This document shows, piece after piece, positions 60,717 through 64,000 of a DNA stretch of 64,000 nt; the stretch's first letter is position 1, and every line of letters begins with the position of its first letter. The notes under the pieces were generated by a model, which was not told the DNA's origin, did no database searches, and saw nothing but the letters and a program-made list of their open reading frames with translations. The position numbers and the translations under genes are program-made. The stretch comes from Paecilomyces variotii (lineage: Eukaryota): assembly GCA_004022145.1 (NCBI GenBank), contig RCNU01000014.1; one strand, given 5' to 3'.

Positions 60717-63573
60717 TTATTTCCCAGCAAGTTCAGCCATAAGGGATTCCCCGCCTGGCTTGGTCTCGACGGCACGGAAGGCCGTACCTTCTTTGTCCAG
60801 ACCCTTCTCAGCGCGAGCATATGCTTCTTCGCTCCGGTCAGTGAGGATATCCAGATCCTTCTGCGATAGAATAGCCTCGGGGTTGCTGCCCACGTCGAAT
60901 CGCTCAAAGTCGTCTTCGCCAAGGGCCTTTCTCAGGTCCTCGATGTCGTTCTGGGCGGTGCTGTTACTAGGGTCGAGAAGACTCTTGAACTTGCCTTTTT
61001 GAATGACTAGACGTTCAAGACGACGTTTCGAGTCCGCCTTCTCCAGGAGGGTCTGCTCGACTGTACCCTTTGTTGCGAGACGATACACAATCACGGGCTT
61101 TGTCTGGCCGATGCGGTGGGCCCGGTCTTGCGCCTGAAGGTCCTGTTGAGGGTTCCAGTCCGAGTCGAAGAGAATGACGGTGTCTGCCGCGGTAAGATTG
61201 ATGCCTTGACCACCAGCACGGGTGCTGAGCAAAAAGATCTTGTAGTTGCGGTCTGTATTGAAAGCTTTGATCTGGGCCTGACGGTCGGCTTGGCTGACTG
61301 CACCGTCGATACGACAGCATTTCCATGAGCGTAGCTGTGTGGCCCAGTCTTGAAGAAGATCGAGTTGAGTCTTAAATTGAGAGAAGATGAGAATCTTGTG
61401 GCCCTTGGACATGAGACAGGGGACAAGACGGTCCAGAAGGAGCATTTTGCCGGATGCAGTTACCAAGGTCTCGTCGACAGTGGACGAATCCTCGCCCCAT
61501 GGCCAGTAGAAGTTGTGTGGAGAGTTGCATGCTAGCCGACTCTGCATAACAGGATTCTGGAGTTTCTTGTTTGCTATTTCCTTTTCTAAAATACACTGTT
61601 AGTCAGAGTCCTTCTTTAGGCAGAATAACGGAACGGAAACACGTACTAGCAAGCTTGATCGTCTTTGCTCTCTCAATCTCTTCCAATTCGGTCTCGCTGG
61701 GGGCCTGCTCTTCTTCTTCCTCAACTTCAATACCGTTCTCCATTTTTCGCAATCGGGAATTGAACTCTCGGTCTGTAATATCTTTGTAGTTCTTGCGAGC
61801 ACGGGACCTTCGGGTCGAGCTTGCAGTACTGGCTGGAGTAGAAGACCGGCTGGATTTGAGACTTTTGCTAGGAGTTGTAGATTCACTCTCGTCACCCGCT
61901 TTTCTTTTTAGGCTTTCTGAGCGTGACACCCTTCCCTTTCCGATTCTGGCTTCGATTCTTTCTGCAGCTTTGTCCTCGAGGTACTGACGACCAGTACCAT
62001 TGAGGATTTCACGGTAGAGCTCTTTCTGCTCCTGGGTTAGTGGTGCGTAAAGGATATATTCTCGCTTCTTGGGAAGGGACGTCTCGACATCTGTCTTGAC
62101 TCGTCTCAAAAGGAAGGGCTTCAAGATAGCGTGCATCGTTGACACCAAATTGCGCTTGCGACGTTCGACAACGTCTTTTTGACCGCTCCTGTCGAGGACA
62201 GACGAGAAATCAAACCAACTCTCAAAACTGTTCAGATCATTGAAGATTTCAGGAAGGAGGAAATGCAACAATGACCACAATTCAGAGATATTATTTTGCA
62301 ATGGAGTGCCTGTTATAAGAAGCCTGTTCGCAGAGTTGTAGGATAGCAACTCTTTGATCAGTCGACAATTCATGTTCTTCAATCGGTGCCCCTCATCCTA
62401 GAATGAAATTAGCTTCCTGTCTTGACAGTTGCAGTACCATGACTTACCACAATGATATATCGCCACTGATACTGCGCGAGGAATTTCCTATCGTTCATGC
62501 AAATCTCGTACGAGGTGCACACGACTGGGAAATCCATCTTCTTCTGATCCTGCATTCTCATATGTTTCTTCCGAATAGCAGCGCGTTCGTCCTTTGTACC
62601 GTGATATAAAACGGTCTTGATGCTCGGTGTCCATCTCTGGAATTCATCGACCCAGTTACTCACGGTACTCAGGGGTGCCGCTATTAGAAACGGTCCTGAA
62701 ATGTTCTTTTCTTTGAAGAATGCTATCATAGAGATGGCCTGGACGGTCTTCCCAAGACCCATCTCATCTGCGAGAATGCCACATAGCCCGTTCATCCAAA
62801 GCGACTTCAACCATTCCAAGCCCTCTAGTTGGTACTTCCGCATCTTTCCACCAGTGACCAATTCTGGTTGCTGTGTAGCAACAAGCTCTTGCTCTCCGAG
62901 GGCCGTGGGCTTGGCCTCGTACTCGTCCGCCACTTGCTCCAACGCTTCCTGAACAGTTGGGTTATCTTCTGTTACGTTCACGTCTGCCTTTTGGAAGTAA
63001 TCTGCGATAGTGTTTGCACCGCCGGCCTTTTTCGGTCGTCCTCTCTTCCCTTTGCTTCCTTTCCCAACGTCGGCTGGTTCTTCCTCTTGCTTCAATGTAG
63101 CTTGCTTCTCACTCCCGCGAGTACTTCGTCTTCTGGAATCCCCCGCAGGAGCTTTATTTTCCTTCTCCATTTCCGCCTTCTTCTTTTCCGCCTCTCTTCT
63201 GGCTTCCTCCTGTTGCCTCTTTTGCTGTTCCTTCATCTTTTCCGCCATGATCGCAACGAATACCTGCAAAGACAAACCGCTGTTAGCTCATATACCAACG
63301 GGATATCAAGAGAGTATCACGTACAGAACTCGTCTTGAGCAAATTCGTCAACGCTTTGGCTTTGTTATCCATTCCCTCTGTATCTTCCTCGTCGATGTCC
63401 ATTTTATCACCTCCATTAGCACCCCCGTCCCCTTCTTGATGCGGTTCCAATTTTGGCTTCATGTCCGGGTCCGGCGTGATGGCTGCCCCTGGCGACGAAG
63501 CTTGCGTAGAATCCTGGCGCGAAATCGGTTCCCCCGACTCCGCTGGAGTGATAGGCGTCTCCGCATCCGACAT
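60717..63573 (-). CDS. SNF2-family helicase of the LSH/HELLS/IRC5 (PasG) type; 4 exons
   Basis: YQLEGLEWL, GILADEMGLGKTVQ, spliced IIV-DEGH, LLITGTPLQNN, FLLRRVK, SGKMLLLDRL, FLLSTRAGGQGINL and QAQDRAHRIGQ. Confidence 0.93.
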
Positions 63574-63708
63574 CGTGGCTAGGTTCAGACGTATAGAAGT
63601 TGCAGATCGAAAAAATAAGATATTGCAACTATGATTCCGGTGCCATTGGTGTTTTCAGGCAACAGGAGTACTTAGTGGGAGGTGGTTGCCTGTCACGCAA
63701 GGGCACCG

Positions 63709-63895
63709 ACGCGCAAACTCAGCACAATGTGAAAACACACACAAAGAAGCGGAAGGCTCCGGAAGAAACTGATGTGTTGTGTCTCCCTAATACTAAGGGT
63801 GACACTGGTTTCTAAAACTGAGACCTTCCTTGATGAATTGCTTATCCTGGTCTGCATCCGCGTGTTCTCATTTTCGGACGCGGATTTTCGCGTTT
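63709..63895. promoter_or_regulatory. CGCG-core (MCB/SCB-like) motif cluster upstream of the LSH-type helicase
   Basis: ACGCGC at 63709, CCGCGT at 63858, GACGCGG at 63877 and TTTTCGCGTT at about 63886. Confidence 0.4.
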
Positions 63896-64000
63896 ATGCA
63901 CGGACCATCTTTATAGTGGTTTCTTAAGTCTGGACCCAAAAATGGCAACACTACTAACGACTACACAGAACCATGAGTAGACCTCTTGCTCCTAGGACCT

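Noticed and set aside
1-64000. CRISPR arrays, rRNA genes, intact transposase/RT genes, PKS/NRPS
   Set aside because: None seen; the sequence is eukaryotic and has no such motifs.

Overview
Filamentous ascomycete (Eurotiales-like) genomic DNA with short GT-AG introns and CTAAC/CTGAC branch sites. It has three zones. (1) Positions ~1-10.3 kb are an accessory-looking block of decayed fragments and solo-LTR-like remnants that embeds three intact lipid-enzyme genes: an intronless soluble HMG-CoA-reductase-like protein, a divergent FAD2/delta-12-type desaturase and an EHT1/EEB1-type alcohol acyltransferase/esterase. This trio is the best candidate here for an undescribed pathway. The reductase keeps its catalytic residues but appears to have lost the HMG-carboxylate-binding residues, and the desaturase has the Gly-before-His-box-1 signature seen in hydroxylase/acetylenase-type FAD2 variants. 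(2) Positions ~22-32 kb are a second variable island around tRNA-Arg(ACG) and tRNA-Lys(CTT), holding an FAD monooxygenase, a Cys-rich membrane protein, a NACHT/NLR-like gene and a PDR/VanB-type oxidoreductase pseudogene. (3) The rest is mostly conserved genes: MARVEL-like protein, butanediol dehydrogenase-like enzyme, MHF1, PGA2-like protein, DDB1, 3-hydroxyisobutyrate dehydrogenase, TAO3/PAG1, NADPH-P450 reductase, an MSSP/RBMS-like RRM protein, FAD synthetase, a DnaJ protein, DBP4 and an LSH/IRC5-type SNF2 helicase. All calls come from motif recognition and by-eye splicing; no database searches were run.
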